From Monocercomonoides exilis PA203 (taxonomy: Eukaryota; Protista; Preaxostyla): a DNA stretch of 64,000 nucleotides. The notes below the pieces were generated by a model, which had not been told where the DNA came from, did not search any database, and saw nothing but the letters and a program-made list of their open reading frames with translations. Shown piece by piece: positions 45,444 through 58,200 of the stretch. The DNA lies in the NCBI GenBank assembly GCA_001643675.2, contig LSRY02000021.1, positions 1,343,047 to 1,407,046 of the forward strand, in the 5' to 3' direction. Numbering within the stretch: position 1 is the first letter of the stretch; every line of letters begins with the position of its first letter. Made by a program: the position numbers and the translations under genes.

Positions 45444-48400
45444 ATGGAGATGGAGCCATCGACCAATAACCTCCATACCCCAACAGTTCCTGAAGTCATG
45501 AAATTCGTTTGAAAATTGCTTTTAAAATATAGTTTTTTTATTTACTAGCTTTTGTTTTGTTTGTTTTCTGAAATGAACAGCTTAACTTATCTCCTTCTGA
45601 ATTGCTTGAGAATTCATTAAAATGCTTTACAGAAGAATCGGAAGAAAATTCTGTCTATTTAATGTTATTTACGAATTTTTTGTGTATTATTTTTCCTTCT
45701 CCAACTTTTAAAGGAGAGAGCTTGAAATATACCAGCATTTCTTCATTAGAATTTCGTGGACTGGCGTCTACAAATAATGTTAAGTTGATTATACATGTTT
45801 CAAATGATCAAATTCATACTTTTTTCTGCAAACAAATTCCGTCTCATTTTGTTGCTTCTTGTTCATCACATGTCAAAACAGTACCTCAAAAGGAACTTTC
45901 TATTTCAATTCCAGAAAATTCTCAAGTGGCCTCGGGGATTGTTCAGCCAGATTCACCACTTTCCTTCAGCTCTCTTACACAGTCGGTAACTGAATCGTCT
46001 CTTGTGATCTCACAAGCTCAGAGCTCTTTGAGCACTCCACGACATGAAAGGAAAAACGCTATCGATGAAAACTTTTTAAAGCTTGATTCCCATTCATCTA
46101 ATGAGCGCAAAAGTTATCATGATTTCCCAAAAAAATCTCCTCCTTACGTCAAAGTCCAGCATAATGGCAAAAGCACGTTTGAACAATCTCCAGAAATTTC
46201 TGCACAAACCAGGCAAGAAACTTCATCCAACCAAAGCAACGCCGTAAAGACGCCAACGACTCCGTTTACTTTGGCATCTTCGGCTGCTTCCTTCACAGCC
46301 ACACCACTGAGATCCACTTCTGCATCACCGTCGCTTGCTTTTTCAGTTCCATCGTCTGTTTCATCCTCTTCTCTTTCTTCTCCTCATCTTCTGCCTCGTC
46401 CAATGTCTTCTGTGTCATTTCCCAGATCCTCTGAACATCCGCAGCAGAAGAACAGCCAAGCTCAGAAAGCTAATCTTTCGCTTTCAACATCACATTCAAC
46501 TTCTTCCTTAACAGCCACAGCAGCTTCTTCTTCTTCTGAAACTCCTTCATCATCTCCACCCACTACTACCACCTCATCATCATCATCATCTTCTTCTTCT
46601 TCTCCCTCTCCTTCCCCTTCTTCCTCTCCTCCCTCAAATAGTCCAAATCCTTCGATAGCCTCAACCCCTTCGTCTTCATCAGCTTCGTCTTCCTCCTCCA
46701 CACCCCGTTCAATGTCTGCCTCTTTCTCTCCTCCGCCCACGCTCTCATACAACTCCTTGGTTCCTTCTTCTGCCAGCGGAGGAAATCCTTCTTCGGAGTC
46801 AAGCCAATCAGCTGCTGCTTCCAAGCAATTCTCATCAAATCAAACAAAAATTGGGAATTCTTCGTCTTCAGAGGGGAAACAAGCACAAGATATTTTCTCA
46901 ATGACTCTTCAATTTCCATCTCCTGCTTCTGATTCCAATCAAACTCCAGGTTCACTCTCTTCTTCTCCTATGAAGCAGCAAAATTCATCTCTATCGTCAT
47001 CATCAACTTCTTCTTCTTCTTCTTCTTCTTCTAATTCAGCTTCTTCAAATAATACTTCAAGTCCACCTGAAAACTCAACTAACAAGTCACATACGCAGAT
47101 TTCTAGACAAAAAAGCTCTTTTGAACGTAAAAGTCTCATTGAAGCGTCAAATGCTCAGAAAAATACCTCAAATGCTTCTTCTTCCTCCTTCTCTCCTTCT
47201 CCTTCACCATCACCCTCTTCTTCTTCTCTTTCACCTTCTCTTTCACCTTCACCTTCTTATTCTTCATTAGCACCATCTCAATCGCCATCTCCATCACCTC
47301 CATCATCATTAACATCCTCTCCAATAAAGCCATCATCATCATCTTCTTCTTCTTCTTCAACCACCACAGCTGCTTCCACTGCCTCTTCTCTTCTCTCACT
47401 AAGAATGCAGCAGAAGACAGAACCTTCCTCTCTTTCTCCATCTCTTCTGCAAAATGCACACTCACTCCAGCACTTGCAGACAGACGAGGAAGGAAGAAGA
47501 AGCAGCAGCACAGATCAGAATAATCAACAAATTCAACAAAGACAGCAGAACCAACAGAACCAGCAAAACCAGCAAAATCAGCTGAATCAGCTGTATCCCT
47601 TCCAAAATGCCTCTTTCTCTGACTCCCAGTCGCTCTCAGCACCCACGTCACTCAATATCTCGATGGCTTTGGATGAGCTATCAACAACATCTGTGCAATC
47701 ATCATCATCTTCTTCTTCTTCCTCTTCATCATCATCTTCTTCTTGTTCTGCATCAATCGATTCTTCATCCTCCTTCCCTTCCTCCTCCTCTCGCTTCATC
47801 GGCCCGAATCTTTCTATCGCTCCTTCCGTCAGCTTTCCTTCCACTCCCACACGCTCACCGACACCTCCTCCTTCTCCTTCTTTCCTTTCACGCAGCACTC
47901 CCCCCACAAACCGTGCAAACCAAGCAAACCCAACTTCTGCTTTCTCGAACCCGTATATCCAGTCAGATGATAGATTATCTTTGTGTTCATCTTCATCATC
48001 CTCTTCCTCTTCCTCTTCCTCTTCCTCTTCTTCGTCTGCTTCTGCTTCTACATCTTCTCCTTCTCCACTTCCTTCTCCTTCTGCATGTTCTGCTTCCACT
48101 TCCCCCTATTTTGTTGCTTCATCTCAACCTGTCCCTTCTTCTCCTCTTCAGTTTTCTTATGCCTCTTCCACCGACAAAATCACAGATCAATCGTCTCTTT
48201 ATGCTTCTTCGGCATCAACTTCTTCCTCCTCTTCTTCCTCATCGTCTTCCTCCTCTTCTTCTGCTTCCTCTTCTTCTTCTTCTTCTGCCTCCTCCCCCTC
48301 TTCCATCTACTCCTGCTCCTCTCCTTCCCCTTCCCCTTCTTTCTCTCTCGCCTCCTCCACCCAGTCGCCCGCCACCACACCTGTTAATACACCCTGGATG

Positions 48401-51400
48401 GACTCTCCCTTTGCGGCTGCTTCTTCCTACTCCACATTCAGCTCAACTGTGCCTCAGAAGCACAAACAGGGAAATAGATCTGATTCGTCTTCTTCTTCTT
48501 CTTCGTCGTCGTCGTCGTCTGCTTCTCAAAAACACCAATCTTCTCATCACAGCAAGCATGCACATGGAAAGATGGATAATGCATCACATCACGAGAGAAG
48601 AAGAGCTGGGAATAAAGAGAATGGAACGGAAAAGAATGATTCTGGTTCAGCAACAGCGCCAGCATCAGCTTCTGCTTCATCCTCGTCTTCTTCTTCTGCT
48701 GCTTCTCCTTCTCCCTCTTCTTCATCAGCAATGTCGTTGTCATTCGCTTCTTCTTCTCAATCACCTCAAAATTCATCATCATCATCGTCTTCCTCTAATA
48801 ATAATAATAATAATAGCAATCACAATAACCACAATCGAAATGCCAGCAGCCCATCATTCGTCTCTTCTCATTCATCTCACTCAAATTCTTCTCATTCTCT
48901 ATGTAATTCAAGCTCTTCCTCTTCATCCTCCTCCTCTTCTTCTTCTTTATCTTCCTCTTCAAATTCGATTTTCACTTCATCTTTGATGAATCCCTTATAT
49001 TCGATGCTTCATTCACTACCTCAGACACCTCAGCCGAACACCCCCGAATTCGTTTTGATGGGCTGCTCACACTCATTTCTGCCTTCCTCCCAAATCACAT
49101 TGGACGAAAAGTTTCGTTCTCCTTCATCTTCATCTTCTTCCTCTTCCTCCTCCTCCTCTTCTTCTTCTTCACAAGCCACTCCAGCAATCGCACAGAAAGC
49201 TCTGTTGTCTTCTATTTCTTCCTCTCTCGCTCTGCCTGTGCATGTCTGCTCAGAGACTGTTCCGTCATGCACACTTCTGTCAGTGTTTGAGTCCTGCTTC
49301 TCTCCATCATCGTCGTTCTTCGACGAAATCCTCTCGCTTTCTGACGCCAAAGAAAGAACCATCACAAACTGGGCTCCTCTCGAAAAGGGCGACTTGTGGA
49401 AGAGAATGCAGTCACACGACGAGAAATACGACGAAGAAATCAAAAGAGCATTCAAATTGGCTTTGAACAGCGCATCACAGACTGAACAACAACCACAACC
49501 ACAGTCTGCTTCTGCATCATCATCATCAGCAGCAGCAGCAGCAGAGAACTCATTCAATGTTATATCATCTGCTTCAGCTGTGAGAGAGCCATTGTCCACT
49601 TTTGAGTCTTTTCTCGAGGACAGACAGCGTCTGAGTGCACGTCGGTGTGCTGAGTACGGGCGGTGTCTGCCGACTCGCGAGGACGAAGAGAAGTTTGGAG
49701 AGAACTTGAAGTATCTGGGCTGGGGCATGATGAAAGGGGCTGTGGAGCAAAATGGATATGTGGTGAAGAAAGAAGGAGCAGGAAATGGCTCGTCGAATGG
49801 GACAGATGCTGAAGGAGAAGGAGATTCCAAAGCGAAGAAAAAGAAAGGAGGAAAGGTCAAAGCGAAAGACAACGGAGTGAATGTGGGGGATGTAGTTGAG
49901 AAAAGCCCATATTCAGCTCTTCGGAAGTTTAATTCAGTGCCGCTTCCATCAATCCCAACTGACAGCCGAATAGCACATTCGTATTCGCTTTCTCCTCTTT
50001 TCCTGCCTCTTCTGGTGGACTCTGCACACCGCTTTGTCCGCAGCGTGCGCTACAAAGTTGCAAACACCACGTCGTTTGGCGCGTCGTGGATATCCTGCGA
50101 AGAGACACACATACTCACCATTCCCTGTGCAAATATGTTCATTTACGAGGCGAAGCTGAATACGTATGATGCTCCGCTGTCGCAAAACTATTTTACATTG
50201 TCTCGGCTGTGCATATGGGAAGAAAGAGATGCAGTGGGAATGGCAGGATGCGAAAGAAATGGAGGAAATAAAGCAATGGCTGAAGAAAGGGCGAATGATA
50301 ATTCTGACGAAAACAATCAGCAACAGTTGCAATCAAATATGAGTGCAGAAGGCGGAGCCTCAGATGAGATGAGATCTAAAGCACTGTCTTTAAATGTGCG
50401 TTTTCCTCAGCTTGCTCCATCTTCTACATCAAAAGTGCACATCGAGTCGACTTTTAACACGGTTATTGTCAAATCCACACTAACAGCGTCTGTGATTATG
50501 TCTATTTCGAAGGATAAAGGGAAAGAAAAAGGCAAAGTGTTTGTGGATGAAATGAAAAAACGAATAAACAACGACATTCGCAATGTGCGAGACGATCCTT
50601 CGGCCTGTGCAAATCTGGTGCCTTCTCTTCTTTTGCCGTCTTCTGGGGCAACAGCTTCTGCAGCTGCAAATGCGGAAAACGAAGGTCAAGCTAACAATCC
50701 ATCATCATTCATTCCCCGCACGTTTAGCCAGCCCCCTGGCCAATGGATGCTCTTCAGAGACCGCTTGGACCATCTCAAATTGAAAGAGGAAAAAGAAACA
50801 GAAAATGCGGGTGAAGCAAACTCAGGGGCAGCTGATAATAATAATAATAATAAAGCGAAACAGAAACAACAGAAGACAAACGAAATACAAGAAAGCAATG
50901 AGGCTGAAGCGGATGAAGATGATGAAGCTTATTCCGAACCGGGATCAGCATCTCGTACATGTGCATCGTCTTCATCTTCTTCTCCAACAGCTCTTTCTGA
51001 TTCCTTTCAGAGTGACTCTTTTGCCTCCCAGTCTTATGATCGCCACGCCAAACCTGGCGAGGCGGTGGCATCTTCTTTCATGATGCACCTGTCAACCATC
51101 CAGTCATTCGCAAAGACGGCTACGCTCATCGTGCTGCTAATCATCCTCCTGCTTGTTCTGTGCTTTCTCCCTTCTGTTTTGTTCAGCTGCTCGCGCATCG
51201 TTTCGACGGTGGCTGCTTCGCTCAAAGACGCATCGGCGTCACAGGCGCAAATACACAAACTCGAACTGGCACAGCTCGAGTTGCGGCTGCAGGTGGAAAA
51301 GAATAAGATAAGTGACATGAATTCAGACAGCAGCAAAGCTAGTCGGGAAATGCTAACAGCTGAAATGAAAAGAGAGCGAGAGAGAAACGAAGAGCTGAAC

Positions 51401-51886
51401 AAGGAATTGGAAGGCAATCGGAAGCGAAGGGAAATGGAGAGGAGATACGAGGCAAAGCTGTGGCGTCTTCGTGAATTGAAATTGGACAGGGAAATTGCTT
51501 TGCTGCGTTCAAGTTTGACGCAGGAGAATAAAAACGATAATGAGGAAGCAAATAGCAAGCTCAAAAGGGAAGACATAAGCAAACTATTGGAAGAAGACGA
51601 ACTTTTCAGCACTTTTGATGAGATGTCATTTGGCGATGATATATCAAAAAATAACAAAGTGGCGAATGTTGGGAATGTGGAACAAGACATTCAACAAGAA
51701 GAAACCGGACAAGGCAAAGAAGAAAAAAGAAATTTGAAAGAGAAAGGAATCAATGTTATTGCTAGGTTTACTTCCATTCTTTCAGGCAATTCTCAACAGA
51801 AGCCAACTTCTTCTGCCTCATCATCTGTAGCACTTTCTTCAGACGAAAAGATTGATAGCAAAAAAGCAAAGCGAAAATCTGAGTGA
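45444..51886 (+). CDS. Lam/Ltc/GRAMD1(Aster)-like lipid-transfer protein: GRAM-like N-terminus, long Ser-rich linker, VASt domain, TM, coiled coil
   Basis: Exon 1 at 45444-45506, intron GTTTGA...CAG at 45507-45580, then in frame with ORF 45602. VASt-like blocks: FESCFSPSSSFF...ITNW, RSVRYKV...GASWISCEETH, YDAPLSQNYFTLSRLCI, VIVKST. TM LIVLLIILLLVLCFLPSVLF. Confidence 0.75.
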
Positions 51887-52224
51887 TTTTTTTTTTCTTT
51901 TAATCTTTTTCTTTCAAATGATTTACATTTTTGAATATTTGTTTCTTTACCTAAAAATTTTAGGCGTGATGCACATTTAGAAGCATGTCGCAAATTTATT
52001 GGTTGTATTTTAATTTATCAGTGTATGTAACGATTTGTTGAAATTAGTTGATTAATTTTTTTGTTTCTAAAATATCCTATTGTGAATTTTTAAAATATTT
52101 GAACTTCAAAAACAGCCTCAAAACAATTTTCATTTGTGTTTATTTAACTTTCAGTTGAACTGATTGGCGCATAATCAAAAATAGAAAAATCTTCCAAAAT
52201 TTATAAAATTAACCATAATTAATT

Positions 52225-52295
<71 letters not shown>

Positions 52296-55200
52296 TGAAA
52301 AATGATTATGTTAAAAAGAAAGAAAGAAAAAAGGAAAAAAATAAAAAAAGAAAGAAAGAAAGAAAGAAAGAAAGAAAATACCGGATTGAAAAAATATTAA
52401 CACTGTTTCTATCGCAAAAAGAGACGAGAAACTGAGATTGAAATAATTGTTGCAGAAAACAATTTTTGTAATTTTCACACAAACAAAAAACTGAATCGAA
52501 TAATAGAATATGGTTGTGAAAAACACTTGACTGTGCTCGCTGTGAAATTTGGGCGTCAAGGAATAACAAAAGCGATTGGTTCAAACCACACACTTGGTCC
52601 GAATAAATGCGTGTCGTGCATCTGATTTCGCATCATTTCCGCAGTTCATTTGATGGATTTGCAAAGAGTTCGCATTTGTAAGTTCTCATTCATTGACACT
52701 TAAAAAACAGAACACATTGCACATCACATTAAAAAATACATCATCAAGAACATTTCTCACAGTTTTCAACCGCATATAAACAATGATTTGATTTTGTTCG
52801 TTCAATTACCTTGAGAGAACAAATTTTACTATTTCATCGCATCTGATATACAGTCTTCACATTTGCTGTCTCATTTTCACCATCTCTTCTCTTTTCTCCA
52901 GATAAATCTCTTCACTTCTTTTCTTTTCTCTTTTTCTTCCAAATCCACGCTTCCTTTATTTTTCTCAACCAATCTCCAACATTCATTTCATTAGCCAACA
53001 ATCTTTTCAGAGAACACAATCCGACTGATGAGCTTCAATTCAAACTGGAAAAAATCACTTTCATTCAATCAATAACGAATCGTTTCGCCTTTTGCAACAC
53101 TTGTTTTCCTCTCGATTGTTTTTTCTGCTTTCTGCATTTGATCATTCTGGCTCTCAAATACTCTGAGCAAAGAAGCATTGCACAAATTTTCAGTTGAATG
53201 AATAATTGCTGATCCACATGAGGCACATGTTTGGAAAGTCAACTTGCATTATTTGTTTGATCCTTATCAAAACGTCACCCGAGGCGAATGAGATATGCTT
53301 TTCACCATTCTGAAGAAGCATGAAAGCAACAAACATTTCTGTTTCAAAATTCAATCATAACTCTCTTTCTTTATCTCCGTGCACAAAAACCTAAATCACA
53401 AACGCATCATTTGTCCATTGAAAAGAAAGGAAAGCTTTATTTCAGATTTCATCCTTTTCGTTGTTGAATGAACTTAGTCATCCCAAACAGTCAAGGACAA
53501 TGTGAGCAAGTCACTGAAAAAGAGGCTTTCAGTTTTATTAAAACAGGACAAACTTCAGCTGCTCACATTTGGCAATTTCAATATTTTTCAAATTCAACAC
53601 TTTCATAATGAGACATGATCAAAACAGGAAAACATATTCTTGAAATGCAAATATTAATGAATATTAAAAAATACCTCGAATTGAACTCATATGAGGAATT
53701 CACAGAACTTCTGATGTATTCCATTTGTGAGCGCATTTTCTCTAATTCATTTATTCGGCTACCAAGTTCTTTCAACTTTTCTTCTTCAACAACTTTTTTG
53801 GAGATGTGGTTCAAACGCATGTGAAATTCTGTTGATAACGTTTTCAAGAACCAATAAAACTGATGAATGAAACATCGGAAGATATTCACAAACAAAAAAT
53901 CTTTTTTCTGATTTTTTTTTGGAATGTTTTTCAACCACCACAACAGAGATTAATTCGAAATGCTCTTTGAACGGAATTCTATTATTTATTAGTTAATTCA
54001 CAGATACAGATTCGTGCAGAAGGAATTGATTGGAATTTGTTCATTTGGATCATTGATGAATTGGTAATTTCACAATCTATTCTTCCACAATCAAATATTC
54101 ATCTATCATTTTCATTTATAGCAACTGCTCATGATCTAATTGGGCTGAGATTGTCAAATTATCTATTTGAAAGAGAAAAACTTTTTTATTGAAACAAACC
54201 ATAATTGAGATTATAATTTCAGAACCATAATAAAATTATTGATTCTCAACATTCTATGAATCTGCTCATTTTGTGGTGCCTCGCGTTTTATTTGTTGGTT
54301 TCTGGAAACAACATTGATGGAATTGAATTTTGTTGTTGTTCAACAACAATTTTGAGTTCAGATAATCAAGGATTATCATTTGAGCAGACAAGCAAAGAAA
54401 AGAGCATGCAAGGTGAAGCGGAAAATGATCATTCATTTTTTGTTGTCCAGAATTCAACAATTAACTTGTCTACACTTTCATATTTCATGAACATGGAGAA
54501 GTATTTTGCATCAGTTGATTCACATTCGAGACTGGATATTTGCTGTTGTTCGTTTTCAGTCCATCCACAATCAAAAAATCTGCTTGGCTGTTCTGCAGGC
54601 CGAATATGTCTCAGCAATATTTCAATCAATTTTGTGGTTCATGATCGCCAATTATCGTCTTTGATTGCACATCGTTCAAAGGAAGTTCTTCATCATTGTG
54701 GTGAATTGTGCTTGTCTTCTTCAAGGATTTCATCATTTGAAGTTCATGGAAATGAGCCATTTCTTTCTTCAAGTTGTCTTTCATCAATATCTGTATCGGA
54801 TTCTTTGTTCGAAAATATCACTTTGCCAAAATCAATGAAAAAGTGCGACAATGGAAATGGATGCTCTGACCGAGTCCTGGTGGAAAGAACGGAGATGATT
54901 GGTTGTGAAAGTCCATATTCTGGAGGCATTCTTTCGCCTGCGATGATCTCTTTTCGCTGCGGAAATAGTTCGTTTTTGAAATGCTTCACAACTTTCAACA
55001 AAAGACAAATTTTCACAGAAGGAGAAAATGTGTTCAATGATGGCACATTCAATGTTCAGAGTGATGAAATGGGTGGTGCCCTGCACGCTGAGGGAAATGC
55101 CTCAATAATATTGCATCGTTGTTCATTCTTGGAATGCTCTTCAAAAATCGGTTGTGGTGCTGTTTCAATGGAAAATTCAAATGGAATATTTGTTTCTGAA

Positions 55201-58200
55201 AATTGTTATGTGTGCAAATGTTCGTCTCCAAAAGAAACAGGAGGACACAGACTCTATAATGTTGATTCTGGAGCTGTTAATTCGACCAAATTTTTCAACT
55301 GTTCGTCTTTCGGGAAAACATGTTTTTATTTTCTTGCTTGTGAAAAGAATCCATGCATCGTTGTTTCATGTGTTTTCGACAATGCAAGTTCAGATGAGTA
55401 TTCTTCAGTTACTCACTTCTGGCACGTTAGCACATTTATATTGATTTCAAATTGTTCGATGCAGAATTGCAAAAGTGGGAATTATGCTCCTTGTATATTG
55501 TTTGCTTTTGTTGAGGAATTTAATAAACCATCAATAAATATCAAACATTGTCTTTTCCATAACAATACAGCAAAAAACAATGCTTACGGACATGATATTC
55601 ACATGTGTAATTATCAACAGTGGACGAAGATTGATAAAAACAACATAACTGATTGTTATTCTTCAAGTGCTTCCCCGAGAATCACAAGATGCAAAAACGG
55701 TGATTACACTTGCACTGATATATCAGATCTGAGTTCGTGGATGACCAATAATGAGAATAATTATCAAATAACAGCTGACTATTCAGTTGGCATTGATCAT
55801 GAGCAGTGTGGTTTTGCCCCTTTCTGTCGCTCTATCAAATATTCGCTAAAGAGAACAACAAGAAATTCGAACAAAACTCTGATTCTGCGACAAAGTGTGT
55901 TCAAAGAAGAACAAATATCAATTTCATCCAATGAATTCAGCGTTTGTGGAATATCGAAGCATGAATGCATTGTGCAATCAGCATCATCGCTTGAATCAGT
56001 TTTTCAAATTTCATCTGGAACCTTTTGTGTTCAGAAAGTGACAATGCTGCAAGGGAATGCAGAGAGTGGGACAAGCAAGCCATTTGTGGTGATGGATGGC
56101 GATGGATCATTGACAATGGAGGAATGCGAAATATCATCAGTTGACAGTAAATTGCTGCTTGAGGTGTCTTTCATGCAGATATTTGGAGGAAATGTGGAAT
56201 TGTCAGGAGTTGGAATTTCTGACATGAATTTCATTTCTGACAGTTTGATTTCATTCAATGTGAATTGGTCTGGATCAGTGTTGCATGTGGTGAACACAAA
56301 CATCACATCGATTCAAAGGGAATCAGGAAGTGGAGGAATAATTGAGAGAAATGATGCATCCTCTGGGAGTGTTGTTGTTGAAAACTGCCATTTTGAGAAT
56401 GTGTCAGCAGGAAAAGATGGTGGTGGTCTGGGGATGAGAGGAGAATGGAAAGGAGAGTTGATTGTGAATGGAACAACAATGTTTGAGGGATGTTGTGCAG
56501 GAAGTCTTGAGGAAAAGGGGAGAGGAGGAGGGTTGTTCATAAATGTTGATTCGACTGAATCGGATTTCACCATTTATGAATCTGTGATATTTTCTGAAGA
56601 AAACCCAAACAGAGCTTTTCATGGAAGTGATGTGTTTGTTCAGTGTGGAAGCGGGCTTTTGTTGGAAGAGATAATTGATCAAGCATCCTTTGGATTCTTC
56701 AAAGATGGAAACTGCATGAATAATGAAGAGAAGTTGTGTGGATGCGAGGATGGGACATCGTTGCCAGTTATTCCACTGTGTGTGTATTTGTGTGATTTTG
56801 AATCTCCCATATCAGTTGACGAAAGGAGTGGTGCAGATCATTCGCATTGTGGATATTCCGTTTTCTGCTGTTCAACAATCGACTTCTGTGTTCGTGAGCG
56901 AGTGAATGAGCTTGTGAATGCGATGGAAGTGATATCATCAGCATCGATCAAGAATCCGTTTGTTGTGCCTTTGTTTCAAACATCTCAAATATCAATTTCT
57001 TCTTCATCTGCATCATCTTCTTCGAGCCAATATCCCTTGGTGAATGTTGGCTTGACTGACAATATCTCCACTGACTGCCACAATGTTATTCAGTGCTCTG
57101 GCAGCTTTTCTCTGTCTTTTCTCTCTTTTGCTCTTCCTCGTGTTCTTCCTTCCTCAATATCTTCGATTATTCAGTCATCAATCTTTCTCTCTTTGAGCAA
57201 TATTTCGATTGTATTTTCAGCTGACACTCTTGCGAGCTCTGTGGCATTTTCGTTAATTCATGTGAGTGGAGGTGAATTGGAGCTCACAGGATTGGTTGTT
57301 TCTGAGGATATCACTTTCGCTGCGCTTCCGCCAATCAATGTGAACGGAGAATCACGAGTGGCAGTTGAGGGATGCACATTGACAGAGATGGCAAACGAGG
57401 GAGGAAGTGGAGGATGCGTGAAAGTGGAAACGAGTGGTGGAGGAACCATATCGATCAAGAACACGAACATATCATCAAAGTGCAAAAACGAAGAAGGACT
57501 GAGAGGAGGAGGGATGATGATATTAATTGGAAGTGGAGGGAGTTTGGAAATGAAAAATGTGAATTTGTCTGAATGTGAAGTTCCGTCAGTGGATATTGAG
57601 GATGGAGGAAAGGGAATGGGAGGAGGAATGTTTGTTGCATTGCCAGAGGAAATAGAGAAATTTGTGATGGAAGGAATGACATTTGAGGGATGCAATGCCT
57701 GGAAAGGGAAGAATCTGTTTGTTTCAGGATGGGATTTGAGGGAAGTTGTGAACAAGGATCATTTGAAATGGGAGATGAGTTCAGAGGAGTTGGAATCACT
57801 GGATGAGTTGTGTGGATGGGAAGGGATGACAACAGGAGAAGAATATGAGATCCCGCTTGTTGTGTATTTGTGGTCAAATTGGAGTGGGAAAGGGTTTGTT
57901 TCGAAAGAGAAAGGAGGAGGCTTCAGTGGATGTGGATATTCAGAAGCGCCATGCTCCTCGATCGACCACATGATCAAAATGCGATTCTCTCCAGTTGGTT
58001 TGGAGAAATCGATCATCAAAGTGGAAGGATCAGCTTCACTCAAACATTCAGTATCCTTGCTGCCTTCCAAACCGTCTGATGAAAACCGGCCTTTGATTTC
58101 AGTTGAAGGAGGTGATGAGGCTGTGCACTTGTTCGTATCTGGTGATGGAGATTCCTCGGATGATGGCTCGCTGATCTCCAACTCGGTGAATGCTTCCTTT

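Noticed and set aside
46462-51690. Many overlapping or antisense ORFs here and within the receptor genes
   Set aside because: Shadow frames of low-complexity or codon-biased real genes.
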